Positions 35,664 through 44,606 of a stretch of 64,000 nucleotides of DNA are shown here, in pieces. Under the pieces are notes generated by a model, which was given only the letters and a program-made list of their open reading frames with translations, was not told the origin of the DNA and did not search any database. The DNA comes from a virus. Where the stretch lies: IMG/VR virus record IMGVR_UViG_3300045988_121102; one strand, given 5' to 3'. Position 1 is the first letter of the stretch, and each line of letters opens with the position of its first letter. The position numbers and the translations under genes are program-made.

Positions 35664-36719
35664 TTACACAATGTGCGTGATGTGCATAAAAATATACTCT
35701 CTGACATTTCCAGACATGAAGTGTGGCAGTTCCCAGTTGATCCGGATTCTCGGACCGCGAGTTCTAGTTTTCGAGCCAAATTTGGTTTTAAAGTATCGGT
35801 CAATCATCTCTTTGTACATTTCCAGGTCATAAACATTGTACTGCAATAATCTTCCAGTCGGATTGAGGTACTGCTTGATAATCTGCTTGTAGGCTTTATC
35901 GCTAAGGATTCTATGAGGGCTTCCAACATATTGCTGGTACTTGTCGTAGAAATACAGGATGATTTTAACAAGCTCTTTCTTTCGGTTATCATTGTCTGTC
36001 TTTCCAATCATGAAGTATGGAATCTTTTCCGAGATGTATGCCCGGAGCTGTTCGTTGGTGTATTTGGTATGAGGACAAGTACACTGCCCCGTTACACCCC
36101 TATTGGAAATATAATTAGTTTCTCTGCTACTCTGAAATTGAGTAGTATACTTTCTCTTTTTGACATCTTTTTGTGTCAAAGTATACGTTTCCCCTATATT
36201 GAGATCTTTATCGCGATCCCGGTAGGAATCTCTGGCCGTCGTATAAGTGAAGTTAGTCTCTGTTGTAGTCTCTGGTAATGGTTGGGTCAAATTGACCTTT
36301 CCATTGGTGCAAATTGATCTCTCCATTTTCTCCTTTTTTCGATCAATTTCAGAGGTCTGAACCGGCTGCTCTGCTTTAGTTGGAATCGATGGTTTCTCCA
36401 ATTTTTCCAGTGCCTTATAATTTATGGAATACCACAGAGTCTTGTCGTTTTTCATCCGGTTAAAATTAGCAACCAGAATAAGCCCTTTCTTTTTCAGTGA
36501 CTCGAACGCACGTTTTACTGTTGCCACTGAATAGAACGGGAAATTTGTTTTCTGCCAATTCTCGATGGAATTATACACCCACTTTTTACCGCGGATTATA
36601 TGTTCTGTTTTCTCCAGCCAATAATGTAGCTGCTGTAAAATCAACGCCTCTTTCACTCCGATCTTACATGCCAGCGACGGCGAAAGTAACAATGGATATT
36701 CGTTTAATAACAAGCCCAT
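35664..36719 (-). CDS. DnaD/replication-initiator-like winged-helix protein
   Basis: EALILQQLHYWLEK...WVYNSIENWQKTNFPFYSVATVKRAFESLKKKGLI. The start is set at MGLLLNE, which follows AGAGGAGG. Confidence 0.5.
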   Translation of the reverse strand: MGLLLNEYPLLLSPSLACKIGVKEALILQQLHYWLEKTEHIIRGKKWVYNSIENWQKTNFPFYSVATVKRAFESLKKKGLILVANFNRMKNDKTLWYSINYKALEKLEKPSIPTKAEQPVQTSEIDRKKEKMERSICTNGKVNLTQPLPETTTETNFTYTTARDSYRDRDKDLNIGETYTLTQKDVKKRKYTTQFQSSRETNYISNRGVTGQCTCPHTKYTNEQLRAYISEKIPYFMIGKTDNDNRKKELVKIILYFYDKYQQYVGSPHRILSDKAYKQIIKQYLNPTGRLLQYNVYDLEMYKEMIDRYFKTKFGSKTRTRGPRIRINWELPHFMSGNVREYIFMHITHIV

Positions 36720-36861
36720 AAATTTTCCTCCTCTTGTTCTATTATGGTAAAAATCAGATTCCCAGATCGGGAACCATATATCACGAATCATGATGTATTT
36801 CTCTAATTATAAGTAATTTCGTATTTCCAGCGCAAGTAAAAAATTTCCTATTTTTTTCTAC

Positions 36862-36890
36862 TTGACTTTTTAATGCAAATTACTTATAAT
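36862..36890 (+). promoter_or_regulatory. consensus promoter on the plus strand
   Basis: TTGACT, 17 nt, TATAAT. Confidence 0.4.
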
Positions 36891-36896
36891 GACATC

Positions 36897-36960
36897 AATA
36901 ACAATCCTATAATTTTTCCATCAAAAGTCCGGGTGTGAGGCGATCGCATTCCGGGCTTTT
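36897..36960 (+). ncRNA. candidate ~60-nt sRNA (promoter to terminator unit)
   Basis: No ORF. It ends in a GUCCGG..CCGGGC hairpin plus UUUU. Confidence 0.3.
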
Positions 36961-36981
36961 GGTATATCATGACATAAAGAA

Positions 36982-37007
36982 AGCCCCGGCCAATAATGAC
37001 CAGGGCT
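36982..37007. terminator. bidirectional hairpin terminator
   Basis: AGCCCCGG..CCAGGGCT with T- and A-rich tracts on either side. Confidence 0.5.
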
Positions 37008-37023
37008 GTTTTAATCTATGAAA

Positions 37024-37854
37024 TTATTTATCTGCGCGTCCAGTAATATGTACTTTTACATCGTCATAAGTTCCTGATGTTGAGTACATTTCAGCTGTAT
37101 AAGATTCTCCAGCCTGTAAACTAGCGCTTGCACCCATATAGACACGATAAAGATCTATCGGTTCTCCGTTTTTATAAAATACAGCAATCGCTTCTGGAAA
37201 ATCAATTTTAACAGAACCATTGTTCGTTGCTGCAACTATGGCTTTTTTGCTCTTCTTGATAACATTGGTTGAAATGTTCTGGAAAACAGGTTGCCAATAT
37301 TTTGTCTGCGTTACTTTTACTGTTGAATCAAACTCAGCTACATCTGGCGAATCAGAACAAATACTATACATGAAAAACGTAGTACCTGCCGGAATATCAC
37401 ATTCACTTAAGCTATCGGCGCTTACTGTCGAACCAACATGATTTTTTCCAACCTCGTTGATGGAAATATCTATAGTAAGAGCGCTATTATTGGTGATTTC
37501 GTACAGATGATATGTCGTATAATCATTTCCAAAAATCCAGTCAGAAATCATCAGATCCTTTGTGACTGAATCCGCCGAATACGTGATATGGGACCGGTTC
37601 TGAGTCTTGATTAACGCTCCATCAGCTCCAACACGCTGTCCATCCGGTGCTACTCCATTCGACAGCATATAGCCATCAGCTCCGAAGTAATAGTATTTTC
37701 CCTTGATTTCTTTCCAGGTATTCGTAGGATAGGAACCATCGTCCTCTTGATACCACCATCCCTTATCATCCTGTTTCCAGGAACCGGCAAATGCTGTTGA
37801 CGCCATGCTCAATGAAAGAGCTGCTGCTAATGCTAAAACTTTTAATTTTCTCAT
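37024..37854 (-). CDS. secreted protein with cell-wall-binding repeat
   Basis: Signal peptide MRKLKVLALAAALSLSMASTAFA followed by the repeat GWWYQEDDGSYPTNTWKEIKGKYYYFGADGYMLS. Confidence 0.65.
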   Translation of the reverse strand: MRKLKVLALAAALSLSMASTAFAGSWKQDDKGWWYQEDDGSYPTNTWKEIKGKYYYFGADGYMLSNGVAPDGQRVGADGALIKTQNRSHITYSADSVTKDLMISDWIFGNDYTTYHLYEITNNSALTIDISINEVGKNHVGSTVSADSLSECDIPAGTTFFMYSICSDSPDVAEFDSTVKVTQTKYWQPVFQNISTNVIKKSKKAIVAATNNGSVKIDFPEAIAVFYKNGEPIDLYRVYMGASASLQAGESYTAEMYSTSGTYDDVKVHITGRADK

Positions 37855-37880
37855 GCTGTACACCTCCCTACAATTTATAG

Positions 37881-38966
37881 CTATTGAAGTCCGTAAATTT
37901 CATATAAGTCATAATCTGAAAAACCTGAATAATTTTCAACTTCAAAAGGAAGAGTCTGCCCACTCGCTATTTCCATGACAGGGCTTGTATATCCTCCGAC
38001 CAATTTACCATCTTTTTTAAATATAATATCAACTCCGCCAAAATCTAAATCAACAGTACTATTGTTAGTAATTTCTCCTGTATAACTTCTGGTATTACTA
38101 TTGATATTTTCTGAAACATTAGTAATTGCCAGTTGATCTTGACGTATGATGTCAGAGCCTTCTTGATACATATAATCATCTTTTCCATTTTTAACAGAAA
38201 TATCTACTTGAGTCCCCGGTTCTCCTTCATATGTAAGATAATTTCCATACACTACTGTATCTTGTGCTGCTATTCCTCTAAACGTAGCTTCATCAGTAGT
38301 TAAAATTTTACCGTCATCAGATTTTACGGTTACGACAATCGAAGGATACTCAATCGCATATTTTTCATTCGGATTGTAAATTTCAGCTGCATAATAAACT
38401 AAGACAGTATTTCCAGACTGATAAAATGAATATCCGCTATCTTTTAGTTCAATCTGTTCTCCGTCTTGAGCTCTTCCAGAGTGTCCACCAGGGGCAGAAA
38501 AACTGCTATAATCAGTTTCTGTTTGGACTAAAGTAATCGTACTTTCTTGTCCCTGTATAGACATCTTATATGAAATCTTTCCGTCTTTATATGAAAATGT
38601 TTTCGTATCATCTTGTGATGATAATAATGCAGAATCTGTTTTAATTCTATCATTTTGAGATTCCCATCTGTATTCCTTTGAATCATCGGTTGGTGCATCA
38701 TACGAACCAGCCCAATACAGGCTATGGGAATTACCGCCATCGGTTATCCAGTAAATCTCTATAACGCCATCTTTGATAAATCCGGCTTGATATGTGTCTT
38801 TCTCTCCCTCTTTTCCAGACTGAACCCAATTTCCAGTAAGATCTAATGGTTCCACTTTTTCGGTTTCCGCCACAACGCTTGAACTATTATTTCCGCCACA
38901 AGCAGAAAGAGAGATTGCATTTAATAGCATTACTCCTGCAACTCCCAATAATGATATTTTTCTCAT
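37881..38966 (-). CDS. lipoprotein
   Basis: MRKISLLGVAGVMLLNAISLSAC lipobox. The start is placed after GGGGAGG. Confidence 0.7.
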   Translation of the reverse strand: MRKISLLGVAGVMLLNAISLSACGGNNSSSVVAETEKVEPLDLTGNWVQSGKEGEKDTYQAGFIKDGVIEIYWITDGGNSHSLYWAGSYDAPTDDSKEYRWESQNDRIKTDSALLSSQDDTKTFSYKDGKISYKMSIQGQESTITLVQTETDYSSFSAPGGHSGRAQDGEQIELKDSGYSFYQSGNTVLVYYAAEIYNPNEKYAIEYPSIVVTVKSDDGKILTTDEATFRGIAAQDTVVYGNYLTYEGEPGTQVDISVKNGKDDYMYQEGSDIIRQDQLAITNVSENINSNTRSYTGEITNNSTVDLDFGGVDIIFKKDGKLVGGYTSPVMEIASGQTLPFEVENYSGFSDYDLYEIYGLQ

Positions 38967-39055
38967 TGTATACCTCCCCATGTTTTTCTTACATTATACC
39001 ATACGACATGGAATCCGTCATTTGGAAACCTTGACAAAAAACAAAAAAATTCTTG

Positions 39056-39085
39056 TTGACTTTTTCTGTTAGAGTTCCGTATAAT
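39056..39085 (+). promoter_or_regulatory. consensus promoter on the plus strand
   Basis: TTGACT, 18 nt, TATAAT. Confidence 0.4.
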
Positions 39086-39091
39086 TTAATT

Positions 39092-39187
39092 GTGCATTTA
39101 GCATAACCCCTAATAAATCAAGTTTTCATTTTTTTGATCCTTTCAAAACAAGCCTCGGAGTAAAAACCGAGGCTTGTTTTGTTTTTT
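39092..39187 (+). ncRNA. candidate ~95-nt sRNA
   Basis: No ATG. It ends in a 12-bp AACAAGCCTCGG/CCGAGGCTTGTT hairpin plus a U-rich tract. Confidence 0.3.
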
Positions 39188-39219
39188 AAGCCCCAGCCAA
39201 GAACGACCGGGGCATTCTT

Positions 39220-39456
39220 TTACTGAATGAGAGAACGAATATCACTGATTTTTAAGTTTTTCTCTTCCATCAGGTCTAAGAGGGATGCAAGCTCCGCGTC
39301 TCTCTTCTCTTCCTGCGCCTTTTTCAGATCAGCTTTTAATTTCTCTAATTCTGCTTTTTTCTTCTCAATCTGGTTTTTCAGCTTCTCAATTTCCGTGTCA
39401 AAGTTTTTCTGTCTTGCCATGATACAATCCTCCAGTTTTTCTTTTGAGTATACCAC
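39220..39456 (-). CDS. small coiled-coil protein
   Basis: 78 aa, K/E-rich heptads. Confidence 0.45.
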   Translation of the reverse strand: MVYSKEKLEDCIMARQKNFDTEIEKLKNQIEKKKAELEKLKADLKKAQEEKRDAELASLLDLMEEKNLKISDIRSLIQ

Positions 39457-39494
39457 GGCAGAGTAGAAAATTGAAGCAGAAGTTTGTTTCCAGG

Positions 39495-40229
39495 CTACAG
39501 CGCCATAACCTGTTGAGCATTGGCGTTCCGGATCTCTTCTTCCAGAAAATACGGCGGCTGGTACGAATTGATGATATCGATCGCTTTATCACACTGACTC
39601 CGCTTAATGCTCTTATACGAACGCACTCCAAAATTATATTTCAGATTCGAATATAGGTTGCTGTATAATTTCTGTCGTAACCCTTTGTTCCTATACGCGC
39701 TGGAATTGATTCCGCCCAAAACCTCGACGCCCTTTTTCTTGGTCGCTGTCGTGATCCGCTCCGCCTCGATCGGGAGAATTGGAAGATCTGCTTTGATAGC
39801 TTCCACATCAGACTGAATCGTATCGATCCTTCGTTCCAATTCCACATTTCCCCTCGCAAGAAGCTGAATCTGCTCTGGGATCGTCAGCGGAATGCCATAC
39901 GAACCGGTTCTACGGATGCTTGGAAGCACCTCCGATGTTACCCAGCGTTTGAAACGTTTTGCAGAATCCAGTTTGCTGCCGAAGATCAATGAGTATAAAC
40001 CAGACTCATTGATAATTGTCATTTTCTGTTTTCCGCCAGGGGTCACTAATTCAGTGACCCCTTTATCTTCTTCTGAAACATGGTTCAAAATTGCATTATT
40101 GAGAGATTTCCCTTCTCCGTACCCTAATGCTTTAGCCACATCCTTACCGACAAACCACGGCTCATTATTAATAGTCGTTGTCCGGATGTCTCCGAACTCT
40201 TTGCTATTGAAAATCTGCATCTCTTCCAT
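39495..40229 (-). CDS. Bro-N-domain antirepressor-like protein
   Basis: QIFNSKEFGDIRTTTINNEPWFVGKDVAKALGY. Confidence 0.7.
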   Translation of the reverse strand: MEEMQIFNSKEFGDIRTTTINNEPWFVGKDVAKALGYGEGKSLNNAILNHVSEEDKGVTELVTPGGKQKMTIINESGLYSLIFGSKLDSAKRFKRWVTSEVLPSIRRTGSYGIPLTIPEQIQLLARGNVELERRIDTIQSDVEAIKADLPILPIEAERITTATKKKGVEVLGGINSSAYRNKGLRQKLYSNLYSNLKYNFGVRSYKSIKRSQCDKAIDIINSYQPPYFLEEEIRNANAQQVMAL

Positions 40230-40348
40230 CAGTCTTTGTCCTCCTCCACATCGTCATAAATATCCTTCACAATGATGTGAATGTATCTCAGGATCTTCGG
40301 GTCGTCGATGTCCTCTAGCATTTTATTGATGTTTTTCTTGTAATCCAT
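40229..40348 (-). CDS. small acidic protein (39 aa), paralog of 22987-23109
   Basis: MDYKKNINKMLEDIDDPKILRYIHIIVKDIYDDVEEDKD. Confidence 0.4.
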   Translation of the reverse strand: MDYKKNINKMLEDIDDPKILRYIHIIVKDIYDDVEEDKD

Positions 40349-40474
40349 TTAAAATTTACCTCCAAAAACAAAATTTTATTGCCATCAGAGGTACGCAGTG
40401 TTATAATTTACTTACACTCTGATGGGTGTGGCGGTAGCTGATTTGATTGGTAGTCTGAACAGTTGCCGCTTTCT

Positions 40475-40651
40475 TTATTCTCTGAGTTCCTCATCTATCT
40501 TTTCGTTTAACCAGGCTGTTTTTGATTTCCCTTTTTCCTTTAACTTTTCAGTCAAGGCATTCAACTTTTCTCTGGAAACAGGAACATTAAATTGTCCTAT
40601 GGTTTTACGACGTTCCTTGAAGTATTCAGAATTTGTTTTTTTTGCAATCAT
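40475..40651 (-). CDS. ribbon-helix-helix-like small regulator (58 aa)
   Basis: ..GKSKTAWLNEKIDEELRE. GGAGG ribosome-binding site, with a palindromic operator upstream. Confidence 0.45.
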   Translation of the reverse strand: MIAKKTNSEYFKERRKTIGQFNVPVSREKLNALTEKLKEKGKSKTAWLNEKIDEELRE

Positions 40652-40682
40652 TATATAACACCTCCTCGTGATTGCTAGCTAA

Positions 40683-40711
40683 AATATAATTCATTTGCTA
40701 GCAAATGTCAA
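40683..40711 (-). promoter_or_regulatory. consensus promoter with GCTAGC palindromic operators
   Basis: TTGACA, 17 nt, TATATT. ATTTGCTAGCAAAT (40693-40706) and TTGCTAGC (40672-40679) overlap or flank it. Confidence 0.6.
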
Positions 40712-40721
40712 CCCCTAAATT

Positions 40722-40751
40722 AAAAAATCCCCCAGAAATTTCTCCGGGGGA
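40722..40751 (-). terminator. rho-independent terminator after the tape-measure gene
   Basis: UCCCCCGGAGAAAUUUCUGGGGGA followed by U6. Confidence 0.7.
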
Positions 40752-40760
40752 CTTTTACCG

Positions 40761-43700
40761 CTAAAATGATACGCCTAATTGTTTACCGGTCCGCTTCCGA
40801 TACGAAGTGGCGGCTTTCTTATACTTACTCTGAAAAGCATTGTCATCAAAGACAAGACCTTTACTATTCATTTCTTCCAAAATCTGATTCTGTTCACTTA
40901 TCGTGCTTTGCAACTGCCGCATCTGATACGTGTACTCTGCCATTTTTACGTCCATCTCTCCCTGCATATTCAAGGAGAGAGCATCCATGTCAAGAGATGC
41001 AGATTTGAGATTCGGTTTTTTCGGCAAGTCAAAGTTTACCGTTGGAGTCTGCAAGGCGAAATTCTTGTTTATGCCTTTTGCCCATCCTTTTACCGCATCA
41101 TATGTGGAATCAGCGTTATCCGTAATTCCAAGATTGAATCCTTCGACGAAATACGCGCCAACTTTTTTCATGACCTTAGATGGGGATGCAACTCCACCTT
41201 CTTTTTCTGTTTGGCCAACTACAATAGATGCCAAATTCCTAGCGGCTGCTCCAATACTTCCCAATAATCCATTGTTTTGAAGACCCCTAAGAAATCCTTC
41301 TAGCATGAACTTTCCGACGCTTTCCATGCTATTGCCCTCTTCGTTACTAGCCGAATTCGCACTGTCATGAACAGTCCTGGGCAAATCCTTAGATGCATCC
41401 GATAACTGCCCTTTGAGCCCTTCATCTTTAATACCTTCAATCAGGTTCTGATCTACATCCAGGCCTAATTGTTTCAGTTTATTCACCAATGGTCCGCGCT
41501 CACTAGCTTCTGCCTTATCAATTTGCTGCAACAGGTTAATGGCGGTTGTTTGTGTCTCTGATTCCTTGCCTGCAATCGCTTTAATCAATTCATCCGGCAC
41601 ATCCAGGCCAAGACCATTAAACAGATTAATCAACTCTGGCTGTTTCAGTTGAACACCATTATTTACCTCCGTCAGCAGACCAATCACCGTGCTTTGAACT
41701 CCGGCATTCTGACTGGCGAGGTTTGTAATCAAATCTGACGGAAGTGTGATTCCCAAACTCTTGAACAAACTTTCAAGCTGTGGCTGTGTTGCCTGTACAC
41801 CAGAAGAAATATTTGCCAACAGTGTTGTTACACTCAACTGAACTTCTGGGGACTTATTGGCAAGAACTCCGATAAACTCATCAGTCATTTGCGGAGCAAT
41901 CTGTCCAAACAAAGTTTTCAGTTCTTCCGCTGATAACTGTGTCTGCTCCATCATCTTAGAGAACATCCCCTCAATAGCCGTGACTGAAATACTGTCGCTG
42001 GTTGCAATTTTCTGGGCGAAATCATCGGTAATCGTGATACCAAGATTCTGGAACTCTGTTTTGAGCCCTTCAATACCAGTTTGAATGGTTTGATTGTTTG
42101 TTGCTACTCCTGTAGCCGCGTTTTGATAGGCGGTACTGAAATATTCGATATCTCCATTAACATCTGACAACGCTTGTCTGGTATTTCCCAGTGTTTCCGT
42201 TGCTTGGTTAAACGCATCATTTGCTGCCTGGTATTCAGCGTCAATTTTTCTCCATTCTACACCGAACGGATCGTAGGTGGTTGTCATACTACCCTCTCCA
42301 CCAATTCTGCCAGCTTCTGCCTTTTTCTTATATTCATCAATTTTCTTTTGCGACTCCAAAAGTTTCTTCCTGGCTTCTGTCTGGGCATCAACCGCATCCG
42401 CAACTGCTTTTTCGCCCTTAATCTGCTTTTCATAAGACTCTTCCAAAGAACTCATAGCAGCTTTAGCTTGTGCTAACTCTTTCTGCTTATCAATGGTTTT
42501 TTGAAGTTCATCACGGTTGACTTCCAAAAGACCTGTTTCCCCGTTAAAGTACTGCTCCAGTTCCGGGTACATCTGAACCAGGTCCTTGCTATACTGTTTC
42601 ATTAAAGAAATGTCTTCTGCGGTTGGGTTGGCTTTACTATGAAGCGCTTCATACTTATTAGCCATATCTTCTGCCATTTTGGCTTGTGCTTCTCCGGCAG
42701 TTCCAAAATCATCCTTCATCTTTTGCGTGGAATCTCTCAGATCCTCGATACGCTGATTGATGTCTTTTTGGTGGGAATCGAAATTGCTTACCCATTCGTC
42801 AAGTTCTGGTGTTTCTGATAAGCCTTTGAGAAAACCACTCCACAGAGAAACAATGCCTGTAATTGCTGACACTGCTAATCCGGCTGGTCCAAACGCTGTA
42901 TAAAGAGCTGCGCTTGCCAATCCGGCGGCAGTAATGATAGCCATAATATTGGTGCTAAGATTTCCAACACCTGTTGCCAAATTCTGTGCGGCATTGTAAC
43001 AAGTAAGGAATTCTCCCGCAATAGCTCCAATACCTAATGCATATCGAGCAAATGTGGATAATTGACTTCCGATAGCCTGTAATGTTGTTGGTAATGCGCC
43101 AAGCCAATTTCCACTCTGTACGGAATCTCTAAATGTAGTAAATGCAGTTCTAAGCAAAACCACAACTTTTTCAGCTTTCGGCGCTGCTTCTTTTAACGCC
43201 ACAATGGCATCTGTACTACCTCCTAAAGCCGTTATAAACAGTTTCGCTTTTCCAACACTGTTTCCTAAAGCATTCGCAAATTTCTGAATGTTTCCGGTTT
43301 TCAACATCGCCGTTACACCAACCAATGTGAGCAACGCCGTCTGTAATGGTGCTGTTTCAAATGTTCCTTTGTAAAGGTTAAAAGCTGCGTTAATTCCGTT
43401 CCAAATTGCCTTTCCGACACTTGCTAGGATTTTGGCATAATCAATACTATTGAGGAATTTTCCGATCTGCTGACCGATCATCTCCCATTTGATTTTTGAC
43501 AGTGCCTCATTAATTGCTGTCAATAAGCCAAGCGCCCACGTGCTAATCGTATGCCCTAATAATCCAAAATCAAAAGTGGAAAAAAACTGGTTTACGCCTG
43601 CCGCTATGGAAGCACCAAAGTTTTTCCAGTCAAATGTAGTTCCGAATGAATCAAGGAAATGCAGTGCTGTATTCAGCGCTCCGGCAATCGTTCGACCTAA

Positions 43701-44312
43701 TGCCCCGAACAAATCTGGAGAAATCAGACCGTTCAAAAAATCTGCCAGACCTTTACCGAAATTCTCTGCACTTTGATAAATACTATCCCAGTCGATTCCG
43801 TTCATAGCATTTGTCAGTGTGGTTCCAATGTATTTTCCCAGTTCATACAGAGAATCTATCTCACTCTTATATTTCTCCAGAATAGAGTCTCTCTTAACCA
43901 GTTTAGCATCCGCACCATTGGCATTTCCGCCGCCTGCACCGCCACCTCCGCCAGAACCGCCAGATCCAGAGCCGTCATCTGATGTCATGTTGTTTACTTC
44001 ATGCCATGCTGCAATATAGCGGTTCAGCTTCTTTGCATTATCCGCAGCCTTGCCGGTTCCATCCGCCATATCCTCTGCACCTGCACCAGCCGCATCGAAA
44101 TCATTTGCCAGTCCTCCGGCATCGATTTCTATTGTCCAGCCGAAGATCGCGCCAAGCGCATTTGCTACCGTTTTTGCAAAAGCAATTACCGATTTCATGA
44201 CGCTATTCAGTGCTGTGATAAACGGCTTGAATGCATTAACTAAAACGCCACCAACAATTCCGCCTAATTGCTGGAATTGCTGTACTAAAATTCGCGTCTG
44301 ATTCGCCCATGT
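40761..44312 (-). CDS. tape measure protein, exon 2
   Basis: Begins (T)WANQTRILVQQFQQLGG, which continues the motif interrupted at the end of exon 1. Long helical protein with a Gly-rich stretch. Confidence 0.75.
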   Translation of the reverse strand, partial: TWANQTRILVQQFQQLGGIVGGVLVNAFKPFITALNSVMKSVIAFAKTVANALGAIFGWTIEIDAGGLANDFDAAGAGAEDMADGTGKAADNAKKLNRYIAAWHEVNNMTSDDGSGSGGSGGGGGAGGGNANGADAKLVKRDSILEKYKSEIDSLYELGKYIGTTLTNAMNGIDWDSIYQSAENFGKGLADFLNGLISPDLFGALGRTIAGALNTALHFLDSFGTTFDWKNFGASIAAGVNQFFSTFDFGLLGHTISTWALGLLTAINEALSKIKWEMIGQQIGKFLNSIDYAKILASVGKAIWNGINAAFNLYKGTFETAPLQTALLTLVGVTAMLKTGNIQKFANALGNSVGKAKLFITALGGSTDAIVALKEAAPKAEKVVVLLRTAFTTFRDSVQSGNWLGALPTTLQAIGSQLSTFARYALGIGAIAGEFLTCYNAAQNLATGVGNLSTNIMAIITAAGLASAALYTAFGPAGLAVSAITGIVSLWSGFLKGLSETPELDEWVSNFDSHQKDINQRIEDLRDSTQKMKDDFGTAGEAQAKMAEDMANKYEALHSKANPTAEDISLMKQYSKDLVQMYPELEQYFNGETGLLEVNRDELQKTIDKQKELAQAKAAMSSLEESYEKQIKGEKAVADAVDAQTEARKKLLESQKKIDEYKKKAEAGRIGGEGSMTTTYDPFGVEWRKIDAEYQAANDAFNQATETLGNTRQALSDVNGDIEYFSTAYQNAATGVATNNQTIQTGIEGLKTEFQNLGITITDDFAQKIATSDSISVTAIEGMFSKMMEQTQLSAEELKTLFGQIAPQMTDEFIGVLANKSPEVQLSVTTLLANISSGVQATQPQLESLFKSLGITLPSDLITNLASQNAGVQSTVIGLLTEVNNGVQLKQPELINLFNGLGLDVPDELIKAIAGKESETQTTAINLLQQIDKAEASERGPLVNKLKQLGLDVDQNLIEGIKDEGLKGQLSDASKDLPRTVHDSANSASNEEGNSMESVGKFMLEGFLRGLQNNGLLGSIGAAARNLASIVVGQTEKEGGVASPSKVMKKVGAYFVEGFNLGITDNADSTYDAVKGWAKGINKNFALQTPTVNFDLPKKPNLKSASLDMDALSLNMQGEMDVKMAEYTYQMRQLQSTISEQNQILEEMNSKGLVFDDNAFQSKYKKAATSYRKRTGKQLGVSF

Positions 44313-44606
44313 CACATAATGTTATCGTAAAGGCTTTTTATCCTCTACTTCTTACAGTTTCCTGTAAGGTCGGCGTACATATTCGACCCAGTAGGTCGTC
44401 GGTCACTCTTGGGGATATTTTATTCTATAACTCTTTCCAAAATAGAAAGAGCATAGGTTCAATCCCTACGCTCTACAATGTACTATATCTTTTATGATAT
44501 AGTCTTATCTCGGTATTAACTTATTGACAATAGACATCAACTTAGCCTTCACCGATTTTAACCGATTTTATCATAACGCATTACTGCGTTAGGCGGCACA
44601 CATTCT
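44313..44606 (-). mobile_element. group I intron (~294 nt) in the tape-measure gene
   Basis: P1 pairs exon GCGGU with the internal guide GCCGC, placing a U.G pair at the 5' splice site. GNRA hairpins ACGCA-GUAA-UGCGU and CUUACAG-GAAA-CUGUAAG are present, the intron ends in G, and the exons join in frame. Confidence 0.7.

Noticed and set aside
44589-44606. The C-terminal RMCAA* of ORF 44589-46166 read as the genuine protein end, giving two separate tape-measure-like proteins.
   Set aside because: The conserved ..FARTS..WANQ.. motif is split exactly here. A P1 helix with a U.G pair and a terminal G give an in-frame junction, so the tail is read-through into intron sequence.
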